This document shows, in pieces, positions 13,376 through 24,099 of a DNA stretch of 64,000 nucleotides. Numbering within the stretch: the first letter of the stretch is position 1; every line of letters starts with the position of its first letter. The stretch spans positions 124,001 to 188,000 of the forward strand of contig NW_026781450.1 of NCBI RefSeq assembly GCF_030144855.1, given 5' to 3'. The notes beneath the pieces are model-generated. The model was not told the DNA's origin. It did not search any database and was given only the letters and a program-made list of their open reading frames with translations. A program made the translations under genes and the position numbers. This DNA comes from Hypanus sabinus (Eukaryota).

Positions 13376-13998
13376 TCAAGGATGGCAGGAATGCCCTATC
13401 TGGTCTGGTGGGAAAGGCTAATACATTAGAGCCTTTAAAAGGAAGTGTCGATAGACGTACAGATGTTATGAAGAAGGAGGGAAGTGGACATGCAATATGT
13501 GAAAAGGATTCTTTTTTCGGTGTTTTTGATTTGCTTCTTAGCTAGTGAGTCTCCGGACTGTAGGCCGAACTGCCTGTTCCTGTGTTGTACGCTCCTGTAT
13601 AAAGTTGTAAATTACGTTGAGCAAATCGGAAACCGTTAGGCTTTCCGGAAAAATAGAGATGCCACACACGCAGCTGAATTCTGTATTTTTCAGGGGTTCG
13701 CGGTCCCGAAACCGTTGCTCGGTGGCACCTGTACTTTGAAGTTTTTTTTTATCGAAAGGATAGACGCGTCGGAGCTTCTACAGCAATAAAAAATTCGGGC
13801 CGGTGCTGGCACTTATCGCAGAAATTTAGATCATTTACCAGAATGATACGAGGGTGAGAGTGTTCGGACATTTCTCGGAGACATTTCCTGCTCTCAGTCT
13901 TAAAGAATACAAATGGAGAACAGATGGCCACAGACAAAGCTGGTGATGTCGCGCCAGATGAACAACGAGTTTGGTTCCCCAGGTCCAGTGCAAGGAAT

Positions 13999-14012
13999 AC
14001 ACACACACACAC

Positions 14013-14054
<42 letters not shown>

Positions 14055-14058
14055 CACA
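13999..14058. repeat. (CA)n microsatellite
   Basis: Direct reading of the sequence. Confidence 0.95.
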
Positions 14059-14059
14059 T

Positions 14060-14630
14060 AAATAGATAATAGATATGGATATAGATATGCAGTTGTCAGA
14101 TAGACAGATAGAGAAACAGGCNNNNNNNNNNNNNNNNNNNNNNNNNNNNNNNNNNNNNNNNNNNNNNNNNNNNNNNNNNNNNNNNNNNNNNNNNNNNNNN
14201 NNNNNNNNNNNNNNNNNNNNNNNNNNNNNNNNNNNNNNNNNNNNNNNNNNNNNNNNNNNNNNNNNNNNNNNNNNNNNNNNNNNNNNNNNNNNNNNNNNNG
14301 TAGTCAGTCAGACAGATGGACTAACAGAGGAATTAGATAGAGGCAGACAGACATATATAGATAGATCGACAAGTTGATCGATAGACCGATGGAATGACAC
14401 ATGGATATATAGATAAAAAGAGGGACCAATAGACAGTAAGGCAGATATATTAGATAGACAGATGCAAAAGTAGGTATTAAATATACAATAGCAGAAAATA
14501 TTAATGTTTATTAATTAATATTAATATTTAATATTAATGTATTAATGAAAATATTAATATCTGAAAATGTTAATGTTTACAAATTAATATTAATATTTAT
14601 TATTAATGTATTAATGAAAATGTTAATGGG
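14060..14630. repeat. Degenerate GATA/GACA repeats, an N gap (14122-14319) and an AT-rich tandem low-complexity block (~14490-14630)
   Basis: Direct reading of the sequence. Confidence 0.8.
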
Positions 14631-14808
14631 TTACTAAGCGTCAGTAATGTCGCCATGGAGACCGGTGGGAACATTTGGCTTCTTGGAATTTCGGGAGTCA
14701 AGGATTCCTCTGAATGTGCCGCGGTTATGAAACCGTTGCCACTGAGGGCATGAGTGGAAGTGGGACGGGAGGGTGGGGAAGGTAGGTTGGAGGTTATGTT
14801 TGGCGATA

Positions 14809-14847
14809 GGCTTTTGCAGTATTTGTTTGTCTGCCTTCACTGCTGTG
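14809..14847 (-). other. 23-RSS of V2
   Basis: CACAGCA (14847-14841), 23-nt spacer, GCAAAAGCC (14817-14809). Confidence 0.9.
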
Positions 14848-15145
14848 GTGATATCGCTTGCGCAGAAATACACAGCCGTGTCCCCGGGGAGCAGCCCAGT
14901 CAGGTTAGGATGGTAGGAATCGTCTGACCCCCTGACTGCTGACAGTCTGTTCCTGAATCCTTCGGATATCTCCGGGGCGTTATTCCTATAGGCGGTGATC
15001 AGGAGCTCCAGCCCCTGGTTGGGAGCCTGTCGATACCAATAGGTCCTGGGGTGGGTATCTGGCACAAAACAGGATATCATCACCGAGTCCAGTTCGTGTT
15101 CTGTGAGGAATCGGTCTTTTTGGAAAACTAATTCACTCTGTGCCC
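14848..15145 (-). CDS. TRBV: TCR V exon V2 (TCR-beta-like, CASD family), intact
   Basis: Acceptor ctttctAG at 15147-15146; AQSELVFQKDRFLTEHELDSVMISCFVPDTHPRTYWYRQAPNQGLELL..RLSAVRGSDDSYHPNLTGLLPGDTAVYFCASDI; in frame with the phase-1 leader. Confidence 0.93.
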
Positions 15146-15897
15146 CTAGAAAGGTTAAAATCGACCATCAAAATAATTTCNNNNNNNNNNNNNNNNNNNN
15201 NNNNNNNNNNNNNNNNNNNNNNNNNNNNNNNNNNNNNNNNNNNNNNNNNNNNNNNNNNNNNNNNNNNNNNNNNNNNNNNNNNNNNNNNNNNNNNNNNNNN
15301 NNNNNNNNNNNNNNNNNNNNNNNNNNNNNNNNNNNNNNNNNNNNNNNNNNNNNNNNNNNNNNNNNNNNNNNNNNNNNNNNNNNNNNNNNNNNNNNNNNNN
15401 NNNNNNNNNNNNNNNNNNNNNNNNNNAACGAACAGATAGATACAGATATGCATACTTACATACATCGATCGCCAGAGCGTTCTGGTTTAATAGATAGATA
15501 AATGGATTGGCGAGAACTTAGATAAGAAGATAGACAAGCAGTCAGTTAGATAGGTAATGATATTTAAAACATAAACCAATCCGCAAGCGCACTAAAAAGA
15601 TAAATGGACAGGTGGAAGTAAATGGAGACGGACAGGAGAATATCAGAGGAAGGGTTAAAGATGGAAAAAAGTTTAAAAAAAGTTGTAGAGCTGAGTGAAG
15701 TTATGCAATTACAAACGATGAGTGCACACGGAAAAGAGATAGGGACAGGTAAAGGGGATGAGAGAAGAGAGAAGAAGTTGGCGAAAACATACATAAAAAA
15801 CGTGAGGACGGAAAGCCAGTGCGATAGTGAGTGACTGTGAGAAGTAAAAGTGCAGAAAAAGCTGAAACAAAACAGGCCCGTTTCATGAAATACTCAC

Positions 15898-15934
15898 CAT
15901 GAAATAACGTTATTATCCCCAGTAAGAGAAACAT
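15898..15934 (-). CDS. TRBV: Leader exon of V2
   Basis: MFLLLGIITLFH G|gtgagt; 37 nt, phase 1, hydrophobic. Confidence 0.9.
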
Positions 15935-16568
15935 GACTATGTCGACGTTTCACTCTTGCCATTGAGAGTGTCAAGGAGGGGATCGGGCTTTCAAACTAGT
16001 TTACATTGCCCAGCTGACTGTACACCAGGAGTCAGTATCCACGCCCCCTCTCGATGATTGACAGATCATCATGCGCTGCATCGGCAAGTAGTTACGCCCA
16101 AACTCTCATTGATCGATGGAATTAAACTCCGCCCATAGACAGTAGTTTGTGAAAGGGGGTGTATTCGGCACAGGGATAGCAACCACATCTCGTAAAAGCC
16201 TTGTGTGAATTAAAAAGTTAGGAAATTGGTTGGTGAAGTACATGCAGGTTTGGACAATAGTGAATCTGATAGGTGAGGACAGAAGAAAGGAAAGGGGGTG
16301 GAGAACCAGAGGGAGGTGAAAAGAGGGATCGTGACAGGGAAATGAGAAAGGAGAATGGTGAAAGGGGTAGCATTACCAGATGGAGTGAGGCAGTCAGAAA
16401 GTCTACTGACGGAGGTAAGGTACATGATAGACGGGCAGATATACGGAGAATGTGACGAGGTAGGCTTCATGTTTCCCTCATTTGAACTGATATTATTACG
16501 TTTTGATGGGCAGAATGGATTGCATTTCCCGTCTCCGGGTGCAACCTCTAACTAATTCCGTGTCCCAA

Positions 16569-16585
16569 CAGCGCCCTCTGCCGCA
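16569..16585 (-). promoter_or_regulatory. CTCF-like motif between the head-to-head V2 and V4
   Basis: tgcggcagagggcgctg matches the CCAGCAG(A/G)GGGCGCT core. Confidence 0.55.
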
Positions 16586-17114
16586 CAAATTCTTAACGAA
16601 AATACGCGTGAGGACGTGATTGATTGATTGGTTGATTCCTTCATTCACCATTATACCGTGGTTCGTTTTCGTATCACTCCGGATATAATATTACACACTA
16701 AAGAAGAAAGAACAACTTAATGGGTTCCACGTAAAGGTAACATGCAAAACCCATGTCCATAAATCTATAAGTCGTAGATCTGGGTTGAAGGTGAATGGTG
16801 TTCCAGGGGCTGTAAAATGATGGGTTATTACAAAGAGTAATACAGTCGGTGGGAGGTGCACACAAAATTACCAGCGTCGGAATGACATCTGGGCAGGTAC
16901 ATGGAAAGGGAAGGTTTTGCGAAAAACGCGCCAAATTCAGACTGACACGACGGGCTACGGTCGGAGAGTTGGACTGCGGAGAGGAACGGGGCCGAGGGGC
17001 TGCATCTTCACCACCTGGAACATGACTCCGGGAAATTGCCATTTCCTTCCGGAGTAGACGATCAGACAATGTGTCGTAAGCAGGAGATCGATTGGCAATT
17101 GGGGTACGGAAAGT

Positions 17115-17124
17115 CGCGACGTCA
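17115..17124 (+). promoter_or_regulatory. CRE/decamer-like promoter element of V4
   Basis: cgcGACGTCA about 80 nt upstream of the V4 ATG. Confidence 0.55.
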
Positions 17125-17206
17125 TATCCGGGAACACATTCGAGGAGAGAGCTCAGTGGAGGAAGCGAACAGGGCATTTGTTATCGAACAGCGCTGCAGG
17201 ATCGCG

Positions 17207-17270
17207 ATGTGTTTACCACCAGACGTGCCTCTTGTCTGTCTGGCTTTATTCCTGACACTCTTGCAAAATT
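17207..17270 (+). CDS. TRBV: Leader exon of inverted V4
   Basis: MCLPPDVPLVCLALFLTLLQN T|gtgagt; 64 nt, phase 1. Confidence 0.88.
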
Positions 17271-17417
17271 GTGAGTTTTTTGTTTGATATATTATTTTCT
17301 CACACCGGGTCGAACCGGCCGATTCAAGGAAGGTCCCAGATATGATGTTAAATCGCGGAATATTATGCTGTGTCATCGACTTGATCATGAATTCCTTTCT
17401 CTTGCATGTCACTCCAG

Positions 17418-17714
17418 GTCTGTCGGCTGCACCAACAGTGGTCCAGATCACTACCGCGGCTACTATTGGGCCGGGAGAACAGTTCAGTTTTCAGTGCAGT
17501 TTGGAGGGAGGCGGCATGGGCAGCTACACCATGTTCTGGTACCGGCAAGTCGGGACGAGTCTGGAGTGGGTCTGCAACGAGATCGGCTCATGCGACGAAC
17601 CCTTTAAACTTCGGTTCGCCACCAAGCTCGAAGCTGCACAGAACGGCTTCACTCTGCAGCTCAGCAGCTGCGAGGAGACGGACTCGGCGACCTACTTCTG
17701 CGCAGCGAGACCCG
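17418..17714 (+). CDS. TRBV: TCR V exon V4, inverted orientation, intact, with extra cysteines
   Basis: Acceptor cactccAG at 17416-17417; LSAAPTVVQIT..FSFQCSLEGGGMGSYTMFWYRQVGTSLEWVCNEIGSCDEPFKLRF..NGFTLQLSSCEETDSATYFCAARP. Confidence 0.92.
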
Positions 17715-17753
17715 CACGGCGGCGCACGTCTACGGCCGCCTCAGACTAAAACC
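17715..17753 (+). other. 23-RSS of V4
   Basis: CACGGCG (17715-17721), 23-nt spacer, ACTAAAACC (17745-17753). Confidence 0.85.
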
Positions 17754-18204
17754 TGCCAGTGATTCGGAGAACAGTCAGCCCATCGAAGCCCCTTGCCATC
17801 CGCTTCCGCTGCGTCCGTCGAACCCGCCTCCAAGTTTTTTTTCTCTCGGTCTCCCCGAACACGCACGTTCATCTAAAGTTCATTTGCACGAAACGCTCGG
17901 AGGACAAAGCAAAATCCATTTTAAGGCACTCCGCCGTCGGTGGTTTTAACTTTCCATTACAGTTGGTCCAATAACTGTCGGTACCGATGGACTAAATTTC
18001 AGAGATTGAACAATTCCTGCCTATTCATTGATTGANNNNNNNNNNNNNNNNNNNNNNNNNNNNNNNNNNNNNNNNNNNNNNNNNNNNNNNNNNNNNNNNN
18101 NNNNNNNNNNNNNNNNNNNNNNNNNNNNNNNNNNNNNNNNNNNNNNNNNNNNNNNNNNNNNNNNNNNNNNNNNNNNNNNNNNNNNNNNNNNNNNNNNNNN
18201 NNAT

Positions 18205-18900
18205 TTCATCAAGGTTGATCCAAATTTTCCCTTTCAGCCCCAATCTCCCGCTTTCTCCTCTGATCCAGTCACGCCCAAAGGAAGAATGTATCAACAGCTG
18301 CCTTAAATAATTCAAAAGATTCGCCACTCTCTCTCTCTCTGAAGGAATTCCTTCTCACGTCCATTCAAAAAGGACGCCCTTCTACTTTGACACTGTGACT
18401 CTTGGTCTGAGAATGTCACACCTTTGGAAACATCCTCTCCACGTTCACTCTGTCACTGCGTTTTGCCATTGGGTAGTTTTCAATCGGAATATTCCTCATT
18501 CTTTTGAATTTCTGTGAATTCAGGCCCAAAGCCATCAAAGCCTCTTTAAATGACAAACCTTTTATTTTTGGGATCATTTTCCTGAAACTCCTTTGAATCC
18601 TCTCCAGTTCCAGCAGGTCTTTTCTTTTCAAAAACAAGGTACCGGCAACTACACACGATACACCACATGAGGACTCACCAGCGCTTCACGAAGCCGCAAC
18701 ATTATATCCTTCCATTTACATTCTTGTACTCTTGAAATAAATGCTATCATCGTACGTGGCTCCCTCAGCACGGAATGCACCTAAATAAAACTTTAATGAG
18801 CCCTCAACAATGCCCTTTGCGCCTCAGGTTATGGCATACCCTCTCCATTTAGAAAATAGACTGCAATTTTATTTATTCCCTCAAAATGCACACATACCGA
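18205..18900 (-). mobile_element. CR1 LINE 3' fragment
   Basis: LELERIQRSFRKMIPKIKGLSFKEALMALGLNS..DRVNVERMFP. Confidence 0.75.
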
Positions 18901-19009
18901 CACTGTTCTCCATCTTCGACTTCTCTGTTTATTGTTCCAATCCTGTCCAATGGTAGCCTGTCTCACGCAGTATAGAAATGTCCTCTACACATCTACTCTA
19001 TTTGTGACC

Positions 19010-19915
19010 TGTTATACTGGACTCCCCCACTATAGGAAACATCCTCTCCACATCAACTCCATATAGTCACTTGTTCGAGTGTTCCCTATTATAGGAAACA
19101 TCCTTTACACATCCACTCTATCGGAGTCCTCTGGTCCTAAACTCCCCCAGTACAGGAATCATCCTCCCCACATCCACTCTATCTGTGTCCTCTAGAGCTA
19201 GACTCCCCCACTACAGGAAACATCCTCCCCACATCCACTCTATCTGTGTCCTCTGGAGCTAAACTCCCCCACTACTGGAAACAACCTCTCCACATCCACT
19301 CTATCTGTGTCCTCTAGAGCTAGACTCCCCCACTATTGGAAACAACCTCTCCACACCCACTCTATCTGTGTCCTCTGGAGCTAGACTCCCCCACTATTGG
19401 AAACAACCTCTCCACATCCACTCTATCTGTGTCCTCTGGTCCTAGACTCCCCCACTACAGGAAACATCCTCTCCACATCACTCTATCTGTGTCCTCTGGA
19501 GCTAGACTCCCCCACTACAGGAAACACCCTCTCCACATCCACTCTATCTGTGTCCTCTGGTCGTAGACTCCCCCACTACAGGAAACATCCTCTCCACATC
19601 CACTCTATCTGTGTTCTCTAGAGCTAGACTCCCCCACTATTGGAAACAACCTCTCCACATCCACTCTATTTGTGTCCTCTGGTCCTAGACTCCCCCACTA
19701 CAGGAAACATCCTCTCCACATCCACTCTATCTGTGTCCTCTAGAGCTAGACTCCCCCACTACCGGAAACATCCTCTCCACATCCACTCTATCTGTGTCCT
19801 CTAGAGCTAGACTCCCCCACTATTGGAAACAACCTCTCCACACCCACTCTATCTGTGTCCTCTAGAGCTAGACTCCCCCACTATTGGAAACAACCTCTCC
19901 ACATCCACTCTATCA
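19010..19915. repeat. Minisatellite, ~61-bp unit, ~15 copies, derived from CR1 sequence
   Basis: Unit ctagactcccccactacaggaaacatcctctccacatccactctatctgtgtcctctggag repeats with 61-nt periodicity and runs directly into CR1 sequence at ~19910. Confidence 0.95.
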
Positions 19916-20520
19916 AAGTCTCTCAATATTCGATAGGTTTCAATTCGATCCCACCTCAGTCGTCTAAACTCCAGCCAGTACAGGCCCAGAGCTATCAAAC
20001 GCTCCTTATATGTTAACCTTGTCATTCCTTGCATTAATCCGCTGTCGTCAATCCGCTCTGTACCCTTTCCAAAGTCAGCACAAACTATTTAAAATATGGA
20101 GCCCCAAACTGCTCACAATACTCCAAGCGAGGACTCACCAGCGCTTTTCAATGCACAGCATCACATCCTTGCTTGTATTTTCTAGTCCTCCTGATACGAA
20201 AGCTAACACTGCATTTGTCTTCCTCACCACCGACTCAACCTGCTAATTAATCTTGAGGAAATCCGGAACGAGGACTCCCAAATCCCATTGCACATTGGAT
20301 TTCTGAAATTTCTTTCCACTTCGAAAATTATCTATGTTTTTATTCCTTCTACCAACGTGCATGACCAACACTTCCCTATACTGTATTCCATCTGCCACTT
20401 CTTTGCCCATTCTCCTCATCTGTAGCCTCTTTATTCCACAAAACTACCTGCGCTCCACATATTTTCGAATCTTCTGCAAACTTTGCAACGAAGCCATCAA
20501 TTCATTTGCATCTCACTTTA
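19910..20520 (-). mobile_element. CR1 LINE ORF2 fragment
   Basis: GMTRLTYKERLIALGLYWLEFRRLRWDRIETYRILRDFDRVDVERLFP. Confidence 0.8.
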
Positions 20521-21286
20521 AAAGTCCCGGTCCCAACAGTGAAGTTTCGCTTTATTCCCACCTGTTACCCCCTGATAATCCTACTTCATCCACGCTAGAA
20601 CTTTTATTGTAAGACCACGTGCTCGTACCTTATTAACAACGTCATCCGTGGCGCCCTGTCGAAATGCATGAGCGGTTTTTCCTTTTTTTATGCTGCTTTT
20701 CATTTCTTTAGGAATTCCTAGAAAGTTGTTCCCTTGAGGAAACCATGCTGACTACGTCCTATTTAATCAGGTTCTCCAAGTACTCGGAGACCTCATCCTG
20801 AATAACGGACGCCAACACCTTCCCAACACTAAGGTCACACTAACTGGTCTCTAGTTTACGTTGTTCAGTCTCGCTTCCTTCCTGAAGAGCGGAGTGGCAT
20901 TTACACCGTGAATGTTTGGCAGTGTTGAGGGACGGAGGAGTCTCGCTGGACATGTGTAGGACACTTAATATATTATTGATGTAGTTAACATTCTGACGCA
21001 CCTGTACAGGTTGTCTTCGTTTACCCACCTGTTCTCAATGTCTGATTTAGTGTAGTATTTGATTGAATCTATCGTATTTCCCGGTGCTTCCGTGAATGCT
21101 GGCATGAAAATAAATCACAGGTAGCACCCGGTGACAGATAGGTAAGATAATATTAAATTTACTTTGAACTTTACTTTGAACAAAACTTCACCTTTGACCA
21201 CTGCAAATTTCTCTCAATTTTTTTCCGTTTTGATCCGACTTATCGAGAACTTTGACCTCTTTACCCTCAGGCACTGGTGATTGATG

Positions 21287-21304
21287 CAACAGGAGGGGGC
21301 AGTA
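21287..21304 (+). promoter_or_regulatory. CTCF-like motif
   Basis: acaggagggggcagt has 2 mismatches to CCAGCAGGGGGCAG. Confidence 0.4.
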
Positions 21305-21779
21305 AAAACATTCCGTTCGAAGTTGATGGACTGGTCTTTTAACCTACTGCATGATCACTCCAGACATTCTGTCCGATACAGCCACGTAAATTTATTCCAG
21401 TGTTTGAATAAACAATCAAAATGTAAAAGCCGCTAAACGGGGCTAATTAACCCCCGACACTCCTTATATAACTTCAAACACCGCCCTCCCACCAACACGC
21501 TGAAAACATCCTTCCACCGCAGCCCATCAGTTTGTAAACATCCGAAGGACTTCCAATAGCAGTGAATCCCCCACACTTCGACCACCATCCGGTTCCGTCC
21601 CTCTCCATGCATCCGCTTCAGTAAGTGGCCCGGCATCCGCATCTGCCTCCGCTTTCAGCAACGCCGGGCATTGCGTGTCCTGTCTCTTTAATCACGCACA
21701 CTCCTACGTATGAATGACGCAACACGCAGCTGTCAATCAAACGACGATCGGAGATGCAGCGGGGGTCACAGCGGTGTCG

Positions 21780-22317
21780 TGAGAATCTATCGACCTCCCC
21801 AGCAGGTTCTTTAACACTGGTACCGACGGTGTAAAACATCAGCCGAGGATCCTTCCCCGGGTATTGCCGGTACCAGTACATAAGATAAGAGGAGGGAAAG
21901 AATGTCAGGAGATGGAGGTGGAGAGGCAGAGGTGAAGGAATACAGGAGGGACGAGGAGACAGAGGAAGGCGGAACGGGACGAGGGGTGCAGAGGGAAGAG
22001 GAGTGCAGCCACTGGAGGGGGACAGGTGGGTGAGAAAGTGACAGATACCGAAGTAGAAAATAGTATTACAAGAGACAGAAGTGAGAGCGTGACAGTACAG
22101 GTCCAGAGCGGGAGACGGAAAAGAGACGTCTGAGAGGAAAAGAAAATCGGAAGGACGAGAAACGAAGGAACGTGGTAGTAACAGGTTTAATACACTGATG
22201 ACTGAAGGATAGTAAAAAAGTAATGGTATAGTTCAGAAAACGATTCATAAATTGAACCCGTCCCTTACCGTCAAACCAGAACAATAGCTGCAACAGCAGG
22301 AACATCTTCACGTCCAT
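21780..22317 (-). pseudogene. V3: truncated V pseudogene (intact leader plus internal V fragment)
   Basis: Leader MDVKMFLLLQLLFWFD G|gtaagg (22317-22269); CT-rich intron; only MYWYRQYPGKDPRLMFYTVGTSVKEPAGEVDRFS (21881-21780) remains; FR1, second Cys and RSS absent. Confidence 0.85.
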
Positions 22318-22390
22318 CCGCCCTCTCCAAAACTGACAGATTTCAGGGATCCGCTCGAGCTGAACGCGTCACGGATGAGACCCCAAAGCC

Positions 22391-22426
22391 CCGCCCCTCT
22401 GTCTGACAATTACACCTGACGTCACT
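22391..22426 (-). promoter_or_regulatory. V3 promoter: V-beta decamer (CRE) plus GC box
   Basis: AGTGACGTCA on minus (22426-22417), about 100 nt upstream of the ATG; ccgcccct GC box at 22391-22398. Confidence 0.75.
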
Positions 22427-23083
22427 GAGCAACCACAGCGGGTACTTGAGTCGGCTGCCGTGGTCATTGATTTGCTGGATACGGGTCACACTGCTGGACA
22501 AGGTCTGCAATGGTAACAAGTTCTGGGGGCCCAGGATCGCCCCTTTCATCAGGTTGTGAAGGTTTCTAACTGTTTGGCTCAACTTGAAATATAATGATAC
22601 AGATTTAATGTGCTAGGCAGTAGGTACAGAAGGCATGACAGGGGTTATTTTTTTTTTACTCAGGCAGCGGTGAGTGCGTGGAATGGGCTGCCCTCAATGG
22701 TGATGGAGTTGGATACGATAGGGAGTTTTAAGACACTTTTGGAGAGGTACATTGAGGATAGTAAAATAGAGGGTTCTGGGTAAGCCTAGTAATTCCTAAG
22801 GTAGGGACATATGCAGAACAACTTTGTGGGCCGAGGGGCTTGTAGTATGCTATAGGTTTTCATGTATCTGTGAAACAATAGATACAAATACATAAAATAG
22901 CTGATATGTAATCCTTGAGGTTTTATTCGGGTTTACACACGCTGTGACTGACGGGTAATAAAAAGTCCAACTCCCAGTTGCACTGTGGTCTATTTATATT
23001 GAAGCTGTCAATGTTGTCACAGTTACAACATTTCATTGACTTTCTGAAGGATGGGCACTGTCGTGCACGTTTCCCTTCACGGT

Positions 23084-23100
23084 GACAGCAGGGGGCGCTC
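23084..23100 (+). promoter_or_regulatory. CTCF-like motif
   Basis: gacagcagggggcgctc, near-consensus core. Confidence 0.65.
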
Positions 23101-23489
23101 TGAAACTAAACGGAGCGGCATTGACTTCTGAGTGTGGTAGCGTTCAGTCGGCTGACTGGGCCTTGCGTCACAGAGGAGCACATTTTCATAACAAGCAACC
23201 TCACAGCTCAGGTATCACTGAAAAAAAACCTTCTCTGCCTCATTGTGTCACACGGACAGCGATGATATCGAACGGAGGACCAATCTGCTTCAGGGAAACG
23301 ATGTTTTACGACAGAATCAGGTATGTGCAGCTGCATGCAAAGGTGCAACGCGATACTCGGATGGTTAGCGAGATAGATTGTTTTATAGAGATATACATGA
23401 CAAGATAGATTACAAGAGAGATCAATACATACGCAGACAAACATACGTACATAATACACACAAATATACAGCGTCACAGTAATGTACTA

Positions 23490-23690
23490 GTCCTTTCGTC
23501 GCTTTACAACCCCAGCAGCCTGGGTTCTGTTCCTTCCGCCGGGACAAGAAGTTCGGACGTTCCTCGCACTGACGGCGTGAGTTCCCGTAGGTGCCCCGTT
23601 TCCACCCTGCAAGGACGTACGGGACAGGAGCTTAATTCGTCACATAAGTGTAATTGGACGGCGAGGTTTCATTGGGTCTGATGGTCCTCC
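23490..23690 (+). mobile_element. SINE fragment
   Basis: tRNA-like head (ctgggttc), body similar to the SINEs at 150 and 5160. Confidence 0.5.
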
Positions 23691-24062
23691 TTGCGAGTTT
23701 TTTTTTTATGAAACCTGGAATAGAACTGAGTGCCTACACAAAGAGGAGCAGAAAAACTGGTAGAAACTGTGCCCGAGAAACGGACACACAGGTCGCTCAA
23801 CGACACCAATAGCTTCTCATTTCATGTTCTGCCCCGCACACCTGCTCTGGCGGTTACAATGCACACATATTGACACTGTAACTTCGCGCAGTTCCGTTTT
23901 CTGCTCTGAATGCAACATTATTCAGTGACGGAGGGATTGGGATGCCAATGATTGTAGCAGGGGCGGGGCGTTGCAATTCAAGCAGCAACCTTACCCAGTC
24001 ATTGTATCTGTTCTCACACCCCGAACAGGTCCTACTCTTGCAGAAGTAAAACTTTGTGCAGG

Positions 24063-24099
24063 ATGCTCTTGGTACTGGCGTGTCTGACCTGCTTCTACA
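24063..24099 (+). pseudogene. Orphan V-type leader exon; no recognisable V exon downstream
   Basis: MLLVLACLTCFY A|gtaagg; 37 nt, phase 1; GC box ggggcggggc at ~23959-23969; CT-rich intron to an acceptor at 24801-24802, followed by an early stop. Confidence 0.65.

Noticed and set aside
13958-13999. J-segment-like YSLHWTWGTKLVVH on the minus strand
   Set aside because: No in-frame FGxG, no 12-RSS (upstream is a (GT)n microsatellite) and no splice donor after VV; at best a decayed relic, more likely chance
19010-19915. Regular ~61-bp repeat array resembling CRISPR
   Set aside because: No unique spacers, vertebrate context, no cas genes, and the unit derives from the adjacent CR1
21340-21420. 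Possible displaced 3' end of V3 (tgtctggagt, CAWS-like, on minus)
   Set aside because: No RSS at the correct spacing and the frame is not V-like
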